Positions 50,901 through 59,491 of a DNA stretch of 64,000 nucleotides are shown in pieces. Both the position numbers and the translations under genes were made by a program. The stretch lies in the IMG/VR virus record IMGVR_UViG_3300032326_002378. The stretch is one strand, 5' to 3'. Within the stretch, counting starts at the first letter, position 1; each line of letters opens with the position of its first letter. The notes under the pieces were generated by a model that saw only the letters and a program-made list of their open reading frames with translations, had not been told where the DNA came from and did not search any database. The DNA is from an uncultured virus (IMG/VR IMGVR_UViG_3300032326_002378) (taxonomy: Duplodnaviria; Heunggongvirae; Uroviricota; Caudoviricetes).

Positions 50901-53254
50901 GATTCATAAGCTGACAAATTGCTTATGTAGTTTTTGTTACTGAATTTGCTCTCCAAATTATATTGAGCAAGATAATGTCTAATCTTATTTATGATATCTA
51001 ATTTGCTAATATTTGAGTTAAAAATATTAGTAATTTCTTCATATTGCTCTTGAGAAATTACAGAATTATTGTATTCTTCCTCTATGACTTTACTGGTTGA
51101 ATTGACTATTTCATCACCCAAGATATTGATAGCATTACTCAAAGAGCTATCAATCATAGTAAGAGTTTGCAGTGAATAATCCAGATTATTTGTGTTCTGA
51201 ACTGTTGTATTTACAGTCTTGATATTATTTAAAAGATTGTTTACAGTTTCGTTTTCTGTAACAATTTCAATATCAGATGCTTTGTAAATGATATCTTTTG
51301 TAAGATTTGTAATGCTTTCGTTAATTGTACTTTCAAAGTTTTGGATTACTTGTCTATTTTCTGTAATACTCAAAGACTTCAAATTGTAAGTATTTATTTC
51401 TTGGTCAATAATATTTTGAATATAATTTCTAATATCATTGTTGCTAACAAGTTCACTAATATTCTGGTTCAATGTAGAAATTAAAACATCTACATTTTCA
51501 TTTTTGGAAATTGTGTTTACAATATTTGACCTTATTTCATTAATGTTTAAGGATGTCTTAAAGTCTGTAATTGATGAATTAATATTGTTTACAATATCTT
51601 GTTTTATAGTGCTTAAAATCAAATTATTATCTATTGATTGTAATTGATTTAAGGCTACTGTTGAGTAAAAATAATTTGCATTATTTACAATTGCATTTTC
51701 ATGCTGATTGTAAATAGCACTTACTAATTGAACATAGTCTACATCGTTATTTACAAGATTATTTTCATTTATAAACTGTGCCAATCTTAACGCACTATCA
51801 TTTATGTTCTGAATGTTGTTTGTTTGACTAATTTTTGAAACTAATTCATTTCTTAAATTGTTTACTTCTTCATTTTGAATATTTTGTATACTTGCTAAGA
51901 AATTATTATATAGATTGTAATTGTATGATTCATTCGTTTGGTTTATGACGTTTTCAAGTGGTGCAATTAAATCCTTAAGAGCAGAAGCTGATTGTTCTGT
52001 CTTTACTTCAGAAAATGTATTCTTGAATTGTTCGATTGAGTTAAATACAGTGTTAAGATTTGTATTGTTTTGATTACTGTTAACTATATTAATTACTTCA
52101 TTCTTATAATTTTCAAATGAATTATTTTGTTCTAAAAAGTCTTGTTCCGCTTTGATGATAATCTGTGGCAAAGTTTCATTTAAATAAACACTCAGCACTT
52201 GAATTGTTTTATCATCATTTTTATTTACAACAGATTCAATAGCTTGCTGGATATTTGTAATATTTTCAACATTTGATATCTCATTCAAAATCTCATTCTT
52301 AATTTCTTCAATTTTGTCGCCTTCATAAATTGATAATTCATTGACTATATTTTTAAGAAGATTTTGTCTAAACTCTAGTTTAGTGTTGTTAATAAATTGA
52401 TTAACATCAGAAGATATTTTTGATAAGTTTACTGAATTACTATTAAGTATTTTATTTTGTAACTTAACGTCTAAGATCTCTGTTTTATTATTATTTATAG
52501 AAAAGAAATCAATTGGTTGGGTGTATTGAGAGACCTTTGTAGTATTTACAGGTTTTACAATCTCAATCTGTTTTGATTCTTGTTTAGGTGCTACTGATGA
52601 TTGATTTCTATTTATTACAATTGGCTCTGCAATCTTTTCTTGTTTAGCTGTAGCAGAAGTTTTAATTTCAATTGGTTTTGCTGAAATATTGTATGCCTGA
52701 GAAGCATTTTGTGTTTCGCTGTAAGAGTCAGCTATTTCTTGAGCTTCTGGTACTTTAATATCTGGATTTGTTTTTTGAAGCATTTGTAAAAACTCTTTTG
52801 CTTCAGAACTAATCATGTACTCTTCTTTCTTTGAGGCTAATTGTTTGACATTAAAAGCTTTCTGATCTTTTTTATCAAAATCATTTAAGTCCTTATATTT
52901 TGTTGGACCCTCAGTTACAAGAAAATTGTTTTTTGAGTCTTGGTATGACAAAAACACAGGATCAGGTGGTCTGTATCCACTGTAATCCTGTTTGGTAGCT
53001 GGAGAATATCTACGTGCTACATTTGATGGGTTTTGAGTTAAGAAAGACTCTGATGAAGATATACTTTCAGTGGCATCATTAGTGTTACCAGCAGTATATT
53101 TTTCAGTAGGAATACCCTTAGCTCTTACAGGAGAGCCTTGATTTAAGTGTTCAAATGAATCGTTCAAATCAAAACCTATATCTTTGATGTAAGAGAAAGC
53201 ATCAGATAAATTAGAAATCTTGTCATAACTCAACCATGGTTTTTTGTTTTCCAT
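47921..53254 (-). CDS. Asn/Ile/Glu/Gln-rich low-complexity helical protein (1777 aa), possible tape-measure or internal protein
   Basis: Uninterrupted ORF; central ~1400 aa nearly lack Gly, Pro, Trp and Cys. Confidence 0.7.
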   Translation of the reverse strand: MENKKPWLSYDKISNLSDAFSYIKDIGFDLNDSFEHLNQGSPVRAKGIPTEKYTAGNTNDATESISSSESFLTQNPSNVARRYSPATKQDYSGYRPPDPVFLSYQDSKNNFLVTEGPTKYKDLNDFDKKDQKAFNVKQLASKKEEYMISSEAKEFLQMLQKTNPDIKVPEAQEIADSYSETQNASQAYNISAKPIEIKTSATAKQEKIAEPIVINRNQSSVAPKQESKQIEIVKPVNTTKVSQYTQPIDFFSINNNKTEILDVKLQNKILNSNSVNLSKISSDVNQFINNTKLEFRQNLLKNIVNELSIYEGDKIEEIKNEILNEISNVENITNIQQAIESVVNKNDDKTIQVLSVYLNETLPQIIIKAEQDFLEQNNSFENYKNEVINIVNSNQNNTNLNTVFNSIEQFKNTFSEVKTEQSASALKDLIAPLENVINQTNESYNYNLYNNFLASIQNIQNEEVNNLRNELVSKISQTNNIQNINDSALRLAQFINENNLVNNDVDYVQLVSAIYNQHENAIVNNANYFYSTVALNQLQSIDNNLILSTIKQDIVNNINSSITDFKTSLNINEIRSNIVNTISKNENVDVLISTLNQNISELVSNNDIRNYIQNIIDQEINTYNLKSLSITENRQVIQNFESTINESITNLTKDIIYKASDIEIVTENETVNNLLNNIKTVNTTVQNTNNLDYSLQTLTMIDSSLSNAINILGDEIVNSTSKVIEEEYNNSVISQEQYEEITNIFNSNISKLDIINKIRHYLAQYNLESKFSNKNYISNLSAYESLNSFTDIKNYNIESFINKVYKTSIELTNVSQSLISTKEILKTFQNTIDKISVMAPNNEVVSEIQERLTKTQNTDITNKFFNLITSSNIVEEEVKNFLISQNETISNYTLNVIKENVYKHAFDDYIFVTEIKNIIEKNESLNSFATLTEIKEVLNQYNLEEVKNAFVDIKNIITNVSEDNVLNNSIVENIDNYVSNLSNITSELVAKTLVENKNYTELKNASTLKQMSNSNLSQQFNTAISNITEQLNATTNVEQILNTINTELNNLNVNQSLSENTIVNQNSEFIDEVYNSVKNNTQEDNKNYVNNLKQQFLNETLSTAQNIFKNQNIKIENIENVLQTLNVNNFNSNNINQLKNIVEENLIANNYEINENNQLNYFTSYLNNLAFKVDLIENSTTVNNFEQINLIAKETALKYTTQFSEVKNEIKILNSFKNEIENVNSYDELKEVINNFQTTINQVKLEQIDFVANTLVENNEYKRFIKENKELFTLSNIQETLNTNSVFLNNEVKQVLNNVLESNNSLQNVVNNFSNVTQQTISSVYQSASTNTNFSDLNVVEKNNIITELNNIYSEEVVKQRFENYETKTYSSLLETINLINENNNLSVQQKIDNIVNSISFMSTTRDAVLSNLLKNFNIFNMERTFNSLTKNLVEEVETNIQNYNIQKVISETLNSNININQNILNSQVVQSASEVIKNTLNTEIYNENIESIIKQQNDSTLVQGLTNVFKSSGNYSLLNTVIMENVQSEINQVVNQKIANNNEQNYSQLSVLNYQNNSNNINLPDNISKISTTNSSEQVVENVSSSFEVINNEEDVDVSNLRIDKIWNNFVKTEVNKIVEEINSESEINNVNNIDQRTINNNSSNTNSVTKNEVNNKYESTINQDFSSTKNESNYYNINDNQKINPNTSKVIRETETTITEIEKINIFEITQTVFEKIEQKLKSYNVTQEDIVILKQKIIFEVTEYYERRTSDEIRKTEKRVKDDIQDMFIKFLNT

Positions 53255-53278
53255 TAGTTGTGTTATACGTTACAGAAA

Positions 53279-55639
53279 TTAAATCAATTTGAAACTTGAT
53301 TTTTTCTTTAATTCTGGATGTACATCTAAAATTTGTTGAATTGTATCACCAGCATGCTCTGGAGATTCTTTTAACGCAGTGCCTTCACCTGGTAACAATT
53401 CATCCCAATAATTTGCTGCTTCATCATCTTCGAGCTTTTTAAATCGAGCAATTTTGACAAACTTGCTAGTGACTTTGGCAAATGCTGCACCTGGAGATTC
53501 AATTGCTTTGGTATAAAAGTCCTTGCTGAAAGAACCACTCAAAGCATCTTGTAAATTGAGCAGACCCTTAGATTCCAACTGACTCAACTTACCTTTTTCT
53601 TGAACAATATCAGCTTGTAACGCTGTTTTTCTTTCACCAACTGCAGCTGCTTCCATTGCTTGAAGGTTTTGTATTTTTTGCTTTTGTTCTTGTATTAATG
53701 GTTCGTTTAATTTATTAAGTTCCATTACATGACCAACAGCAAATGGACCACCTAAAGTTTTCTGAATGAGTTCAGCATCAGTAGCTGTTTGAGAACCGCC
53801 AAAGAATCTAATATCTCTTTGCTTCATTGATTGCTCAATGGTTGCGCCTTCTCTTTCTACTTCTAACTTTTCTTTCTTAATGTTTTCAAGTTTGATTTGA
53901 ATCTGCTGAAGCTGGACTTTGAACTGTTCAATTTGTGCAGCAGCTACTTGTCTATCTCCTGACAAGTTCGACATTGCAGCAGGATTAGACATTACTCTAG
54001 CATATATTTTAAGAAGAGTATCTCCTTCAGCAATAGCAGAATCAATACTTGCAATGAAATTAGAGATTTTGCCTTTGACTTGTTCTGCACTGTTATAAGC
54101 AACTTGTTTATCTTCTCCAAGTTCTTTAACAATTGTTTTAATCATTCCGGCGTTGTCGGAGCCAGTTCCATAATATGCAGATTTTGCTGTTTGATAATTT
54201 TTGACTGCTCTATCAAACTTTTGCTGTGCTGGTGCGATTTCTTTGATGAATGTTGTTGCACCAAAAACTGCTTCTGCTGTTTCTTGAGTAGTTGCACTTA
54301 GGTCTGCTAAAGATGCAGCACTGCCAGTAGTAACAAAATCAAGACCAGTATTTAAAGCTTTTTGTAAATTAGGAGCAGAACCTAGAGAACCTGCATAATT
54401 TCTAAGATCACCAGTTAATCTAGAAACTTCAGCAGCATTACCTGCTATAGATGCATTATTCAAACTAATAAGAGTATTAATACCTTTACTAGCATTGTTC
54501 ATAAAAAATGGATTTAATCTCAAAGCAGGTGAACTTTTTAATGCTTCATCTAACTTCTGATCTAATTCATTTTTAAGAATTCTTGGGTCCATGCTTCCTG
54601 CTGTTCTTATGTTCGCAACTTTTACGAACTTATAAGATGAATTAGAAACTGTAATTCCTGGTGAAAATGGAGCCTGCGCCCTTTGTGCTTTGCCAGGTAC
54701 AAACTCAACTGTAGCTTGTTCGGATAAAGAATAACCAATATTTAAAGTATAGAATATACTTCTTACGAGACCAGTAATTGGAGCAAAGTTTTTGAATGTC
54801 TTTTCAGTGAACTCATAAAGGTTTCTTTCAGCTTCAAGGAACTTTGGAGCTTCAAGGCCTTGTTGCAAACCTCTAGACAAACCTAATTCTTGCAAAGATC
54901 TCTTTGTAGCGTCCATTGCTTTTTGAGTTGTTGAAACAATTTTTTCAGCCGAAGCCTGTCCATGTCCAACAGCATGGGCAAGAGCTCTGCTAAACTTAAC
55001 TTGGAGTTTCGGATCTCCAATCATTAATGCAAAGAATTCTTTTCCAGAAGTGTTTTTAGAACGAGCACATTTTGTGATGAACTCAATAATACCCAATCCT
55101 AGAAGCTCATTTTCTAATTGAGCTGCACTTTCAACAACTAACTTAACTTGTTGAATATTATGATTTCTTTGCCAAATAATCATTCCAAGATCTAATATCT
55201 TCTCAAGATATGTAGACCCGGTGACATTTAAGAACATTTCTAACAATTCAATTGTTTGATCAATTCTAGTGTCTTTTGACATTTTTGCCATTGAAGCTGG
55301 ATCTTTAATGTCAAATTGTGAAGGAAAGAATGAGTCAAACTTTGCTTGAGGCACTCCCTCTCTCAAATATTCATCTTTGAGTAGGGATACTTTTCTTACT
55401 ACATCCGCAGCATTCTCAAACTCTTTGTATTGACTCTTCTTTGATTGCTCTAATGCTTCGTCAACTAACTCTTCACCAAAGCCTTTGGACTTGTTCCCAA
55501 AAGCATCTTGAAGCGCCTTAACCTGTGAAGCTGAAAGTGCACCCTCAGCTAAACCTGCAGCGCCTGCTTCGGCTGCTCCAGCTGCTAAGGCTTCAGCTCC
55601 TCCAATCAATAACGGGTTAGCTATTTTGACGAATTTCAT
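53279..55639 (-). CDS. Ala/Gln/Lys-rich coiled-coil protein (786 aa), putative internal virion or tape-measure-like
   Basis: Helical composition; KFVK[IV]A occurs three times. Confidence 0.65.
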   Translation of the reverse strand: MKFVKIANPLLIGGAEALAAGAAEAGAAGLAEGALSASQVKALQDAFGNKSKGFGEELVDEALEQSKKSQYKEFENAADVVRKVSLLKDEYLREGVPQAKFDSFFPSQFDIKDPASMAKMSKDTRIDQTIELLEMFLNVTGSTYLEKILDLGMIIWQRNHNIQQVKLVVESAAQLENELLGLGIIEFITKCARSKNTSGKEFFALMIGDPKLQVKFSRALAHAVGHGQASAEKIVSTTQKAMDATKRSLQELGLSRGLQQGLEAPKFLEAERNLYEFTEKTFKNFAPITGLVRSIFYTLNIGYSLSEQATVEFVPGKAQRAQAPFSPGITVSNSSYKFVKVANIRTAGSMDPRILKNELDQKLDEALKSSPALRLNPFFMNNASKGINTLISLNNASIAGNAAEVSRLTGDLRNYAGSLGSAPNLQKALNTGLDFVTTGSAASLADLSATTQETAEAVFGATTFIKEIAPAQQKFDRAVKNYQTAKSAYYGTGSDNAGMIKTIVKELGEDKQVAYNSAEQVKGKISNFIASIDSAIAEGDTLLKIYARVMSNPAAMSNLSGDRQVAAAQIEQFKVQLQQIQIKLENIKKEKLEVEREGATIEQSMKQRDIRFFGGSQTATDAELIQKTLGGPFAVGHVMELNKLNEPLIQEQKQKIQNLQAMEAAAVGERKTALQADIVQEKGKLSQLESKGLLNLQDALSGSFSKDFYTKAIESPGAAFAKVTSKFVKIARFKKLEDDEAANYWDELLPGEGTALKESPEHAGDTIQQILDVHPELKKKSSFKLI

Positions 55640-55641
55640 AA

Positions 55642-55821
55642 TTAATCTTTTGCAATAATTTTATAAGTTGATGTTGAGCAATGAGGGCATTTTCCTTGCA
55701 AAGCATTTCTAGAACTCTTCATAGTAACAACCTTTGGTCCAGTAACAGTGACCATAGTTCTACACTTTACACAGTACATCGGATGCGTTTTGGTAGCATC
55801 TTTAAGTTCGGTATCAGCCAT
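55642..55821 (-). CDS. DUF5679-like zinc-ribbon protein, 59 aa (not in ORF track)
   Basis: AGGAG SD; MADTELKDATKTHPMYCVKCRTMVTVTGPKVVTMKSSRNALQGKCPHCSTSTYKIIAKD*; YCVKC...VTMK..R...GKCP.C pattern. Confidence 0.85.
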   Translation of the reverse strand: MADTELKDATKTHPMYCVKCRTMVTVTGPKVVTMKSSRNALQGKCPHCSTSTYKIIAKD

Positions 55822-55884
55822 TTTAAATAACTCCTAAAGTTTTATTATTAATTTTTGTACAAATACCTTTGAGGATTAGCTTCA

Positions 55885-56235
55885 ATGCCCAGGTATGAAT
55901 ACTGTTGTAAATGTGATGGAAGTGAAAAGAAGTTCACAGTCAATATTTCCTTTAATGAATATTCTCCAGAAATTCCTTGTCCATGTGGCACAGAAAATGG
56001 TGTTGCTTCGAGGGTTTTTACAACTTTTGCAGTTCAAGAAGGCAGAACTGCAAACGAAATCAAGTTTGGCACTACTAATAAACGTAAGCAGATGGCTGAG
56101 TTTATGAAAGATCAAAAACAAGTGAGAAAAAAATCTTACGCAGCTGATACAAGAGAAGCTAAATCGAACGAAATATGGACAGGCAAGGAAGGCTTAGACG
56201 GTATAACATCTTTACCTATTAATAAGGACAAATAA
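55885..56235 (+). CDS. FmdB-family zinc-ribbon protein
   Basis: MPRYEYCCKC...CPCG...RVF; GAGG SD. Confidence 0.75.
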   Translation: MPRYEYCCKCDGSEKKFTVNISFNEYSPEIPCPCGTENGVASRVFTTFAVQEGRTANEIKFGTTNKRKQMAEFMKDQKQVRKKSYAADTREAKSNEIWTGKEGLDGITSLPINKDK

Positions 56236-56236
56236 C

Positions 56237-57013
56237 ATGGAAGAACCAGAATCATTTATTATTCAAAATATCACTATGAATTATCAATATATTAGTGATA
56301 TCAGACTTCAATTAGATCCACTACAAGTTGAAGACCTAACATGGTGGGATGCTAAAGTTGTCAAAGCATCAAGAGATCTCAAAGAAGCACTTCGAAGAGG
56401 TGTTTTACGTCAAATCACTCAAACAGAATGGGATTCTAAGCTAGAAAAGCAAGCTGCTAAAGAAAGAAGAGAGCTTTCACTTAACAATAAGAAAGAAAGA
56501 ATCAAGACTATTGAAACTGAAGATGGAAAGCAATTTGAAGCTGAATCTATTGATGCTGAAAAGCCTTACAGTAAAGAAGGAGAGCTAAGCACTGCTGGTT
56601 ATGCCAATGATGCTCTTTCTTACGCTATTGCTCTAGAAACTGCGCAAGTACAGGCTGAACTTAATGGTGAGGAATTGACTGTTGAAGATTTTGCTGAAAG
56701 AGTTGAGCGTGATCCAGCTTTAGTTGCTAGACTTCTAAGACAAAATACAGGTGCAGTGACATCAGGGACAAACAGACAATCTAGAGCTTTTGTAGCTCAA
56801 GCTCCTGAACTTGGCAGATCAGAAACTACTGTTGCTGGAATGAAGATGTCCAACATGCAAAGAGACGGATACATTGCAGGTGGAGATTTTAACTACACTG
56901 CAAAGCCAAGTGATGATTTTGGATTTGATAGCGAACCTTCAATTGCTGAGGAAATTGACCTTGAAGTTGATTCTTTAGGAGATGATGAAAAGGGCTCAAT
57001 TAGAAGACTCTAG
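56237..57013 (+). CDS. Hypothetical acidic protein
   Basis: 258-aa ORF with AAGGA SD. Confidence 0.75.
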   Translation: MEEPESFIIQNITMNYQYISDIRLQLDPLQVEDLTWWDAKVVKASRDLKEALRRGVLRQITQTEWDSKLEKQAAKERRELSLNNKKERIKTIETEDGKQFEAESIDAEKPYSKEGELSTAGYANDALSYAIALETAQVQAELNGEELTVEDFAERVERDPALVARLLRQNTGAVTSGTNRQSRAFVAQAPELGRSETTVAGMKMSNMQRDGYIAGGDFNYTAKPSDDFGFDSEPSIAEEIDLEVDSLGDDEKGSIRRL

Positions 57014-57017
57014 AAAA
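56990..57017 (+). promoter_or_regulatory. WAGG-N18-AGAA candidate phage promoter
   Basis: AAGG gctcaattagaagactct AGAAAA overlapping the stop at 57013. Confidence 0.5.
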
Positions 57018-57038
57018 ATTGTAATAAGACTTAAGCTT

Positions 57039-57072
57039 AAGAAGGCAGTCTAACAAGGCTGCCTTCTTTTTT
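57039..57072 (+). terminator. Rho-independent terminator-like hairpin
   Basis: AAGAAGGCAGTCT-aaca-AGGCTGCCTTCTT-TTTT. Confidence 0.8.
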
Positions 57073-57085
57073 ATGGAGACATCTT

Positions 57086-58150
57086 ATGGCAGACTTCAAC
57101 GCATCATCATTTACACAAAGTGAACTTGTATTCTACAATAGATCTGCTGGGACTCAAGGTATTTACATTGAGTGGGAAAGATACACCGGATCTGGAGTAA
57201 GTGTATACAATATTTATAGAAGTGAGTATTTTGATGGCAACTACGAACTTGTAGATGCTGTTGTATTTCCAAAAAATGAATATGTAGACAAGACTGGTAA
57301 ACCTTCATATTATTACAAGATAGAAGAAGTTGGAGGTACTGGATATACAGTTTCCTTTAGTACAAGCGCTCCAATTTCTGGTGATGAATTACTTACAAAA
57401 AGTAGCTTAAGATTTGAATTAGAGCACCTTTTGAACATCCCAATTTATGATGAAGAAGTTTTATTCAATGCAAATAGAACTTCTGCTTCTGTAGCTTTTC
57501 CTCATTGGAATTATTCTCCAAGACCACAAGTTAGAATTACTGGCGCATCAAATGAAGGTGACAGTGAACCAATGAAGTTCTTGTCTGAATATGATCCAAT
57601 TTACACGACTCTTTCAGGGACAGCTGCATCATCATATCCACAAGGTTTAAAATATAAAACAGATTACAACGGAAATATTTACTTCTTAAAAGCTGATGGC
57701 ACCCCGCAATCTATACAAAGCTACGACACTGTAATGGTTTCTTACAACATCAAAATGTTTACAAGTCAACACATGAACAGTGCATTGAATATGGCTTTGC
57801 AATCAGTTAATTCTCAACCTGGTTCTTCAAAATATCAATCAGTGGCCAGCGCTCCATTCTATTACGAACCAGCTCTTGTTATTGGTGCTTCTTATTATCT
57901 TTTAAGAAGTTTGCTTGTATCTTTGACAGGCAGACAAAGAAGATTGTTACTTGAAGATCCTGATGCAAAAATTGTTGATGATCTTAGACAATCAGCTACA
58001 ATGTATAAAGAAGATTTTGAGAAACAACTTGAGAAACTTCCAATTGCAAGATTCCCAAGAATTACGACTATTGTCACTCCAGCTTTCAACATGCCTGGTG
58101 GTAGATCAAGATTCTTTAGATACATTTGGAATCTCGGTACTGGTGTCTGA
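57086..58150 (+). CDS. Putative virion neck/head-tail protein with FN3-like N-terminus
   Basis: YNIYRS...EYVDKTG..YYYKI (FN3-like); helical C-terminus resembling head-tail adaptors; GGAG SD. Confidence 0.5.
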   Translation: MADFNASSFTQSELVFYNRSAGTQGIYIEWERYTGSGVSVYNIYRSEYFDGNYELVDAVVFPKNEYVDKTGKPSYYYKIEEVGGTGYTVSFSTSAPISGDELLTKSSLRFELEHLLNIPIYDEEVLFNANRTSASVAFPHWNYSPRPQVRITGASNEGDSEPMKFLSEYDPIYTTLSGTAASSYPQGLKYKTDYNGNIYFLKADGTPQSIQSYDTVMVSYNIKMFTSQHMNSALNMALQSVNSQPGSSKYQSVASAPFYYEPALVIGASYYLLRSLLVSLTGRQRRLLLEDPDAKIVDDLRQSATMYKEDFEKQLEKLPIARFPRITTIVTPAFNMPGGRSRFFRYIWNLGTGV

Positions 58151-58866
58151 TGAATTATATTGTCATTGAGCATAAAAGTGTAGAAAGTACACAAAAGTTT
58201 TTGGATTTTATTGATTTTGATAAAGCTGAACTAATTTTGCTCAATGACAAAAAAGTCAGAGGAATTAAAACAAACTTAAAAACACATACACTGAACATAG
58301 AAAAAATATGTTCATTCTTGAAATTATTAAAACCCACAGACAAAATCTTATTTATAGATAATGTTGTGGGTTTTATTCTTCCAGGAAGCATTTACAATAT
58401 TTTTTCAAAACACTCAAATGACCAAGTTAGTTTAGCTTGTCATACTAATGGTAATAACGAACTATATATAGCCCAAGTAATGGGATTTATTCCAGATATA
58501 GTTACTAAACATTGGTCAGATAATTATATAGATGAGGCTGATTTAAACCATACTGAACTTGAAAACGAACTTATAACTCAAATGAAGTTTTTAAAAGATT
58601 CAAATATAATTGATTTTTTGAACTTTAATAAATACAGAGTTTACAATATTAATTACAAGGTCAGAGCTATTTGCGTCTCACCTAAACATTTACTATTTAC
58701 ATTCAAAGCAAAAAGACCATATAGTTTGCCAGAAATTATTTACAAAACTTTAACTCAAAAGTTTACAAAATATTTAATTTCAGGTTGTTGGGTATCAGAA
58801 AATCCAGAAATGTATAAGTTAACAAATGAACATAAAGGATTTGAAGATAGTAATATCATCATATAA
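58150..58866 (+). CDS. Hypothetical protein, possibly glycosyltransferase-related
   Basis: Start at ATG 58150 (TGATG overlap) rather than TTG 58126; ILFIDN motif; clustered with GT genes. Confidence 0.55.
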   Translation: MNYIVIEHKSVESTQKFLDFIDFDKAELILLNDKKVRGIKTNLKTHTLNIEKICSFLKLLKPTDKILFIDNVVGFILPGSIYNIFSKHSNDQVSLACHTNGNNELYIAQVMGFIPDIVTKHWSDNYIDEADLNHTELENELITQMKFLKDSNIIDFLNFNKYRVYNINYKVRAICVSPKHLLFTFKAKRPYSLPEIIYKTLTQKFTKYLISGCWVSENPEMYKLTNEHKGFEDSNIII

Positions 58867-59491
58867 AACTTCATATCAAAACTCTGGCAAAAAATTGATT
58901 GAGAGTTTGATTGAAAATAATTCTTTTGATTCTGAACAAATCTTATTGGTTATTGGTGGTTATGACAAGAGAGAAGAGTTCAAATATTTGAACTGCAAAG
59001 CTATAAAGGTTAATCACAACTCTTATGATCACACTGGAATAATTGAAGTTATTGAAAGTGGAGAGCAATCAAAATATTGGTTTTCTACACATGATACTTG
59101 CATTGCTGGGACTAACTTCTTACCTTCATTATTAAGATGCAAAGTCAATGAAGATTTTGTAGCAATGACTGAAATGGGATGGCTAAATATGGGAATATTC
59201 AGTCAGAAGTTTTTAAATAAAAACAAACATTTTATTCTTTCATTAAAAAATTGTTCTAAGATCAGAGCAATTTTAAGTGAAAGAACATTCACTCGTTTAG
59301 GTAAATATCAATACTTAACCCCTAATTCAAAAGTATATAGATCCAATGAAGATCAGAATATATACGAAGACAACAAAAAAAGAACTGTGTTGTATTTTGA
59401 AGATTTAGATTTTTATAAATACCAAAGTTATGAAGCTGTATCTATCATGAAACCTAACTTCACTGAACATAAAAAGGAGGATCTATTTTAA
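58826..59491 (+). CDS. Putative glycosyltransferase-like protein
   Basis: KIVISS start strand and YWFSTHDTC motif; GT-A-like layout. Confidence 0.5.
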   Translation: MNIKDLKIVISSYKTSYQNSGKKLIESLIENNSFDSEQILLVIGGYDKREEFKYLNCKAIKVNHNSYDHTGIIEVIESGEQSKYWFSTHDTCIAGTNFLPSLLRCKVNEDFVAMTEMGWLNMGIFSQKFLNKNKHFILSLKNCSKIRAILSERTFTRLGKYQYLTPNSKVYRSNEDQNIYEDNKKRTVLYFEDLDFYKYQSYEAVSIMKPNFTEHKKEDLF

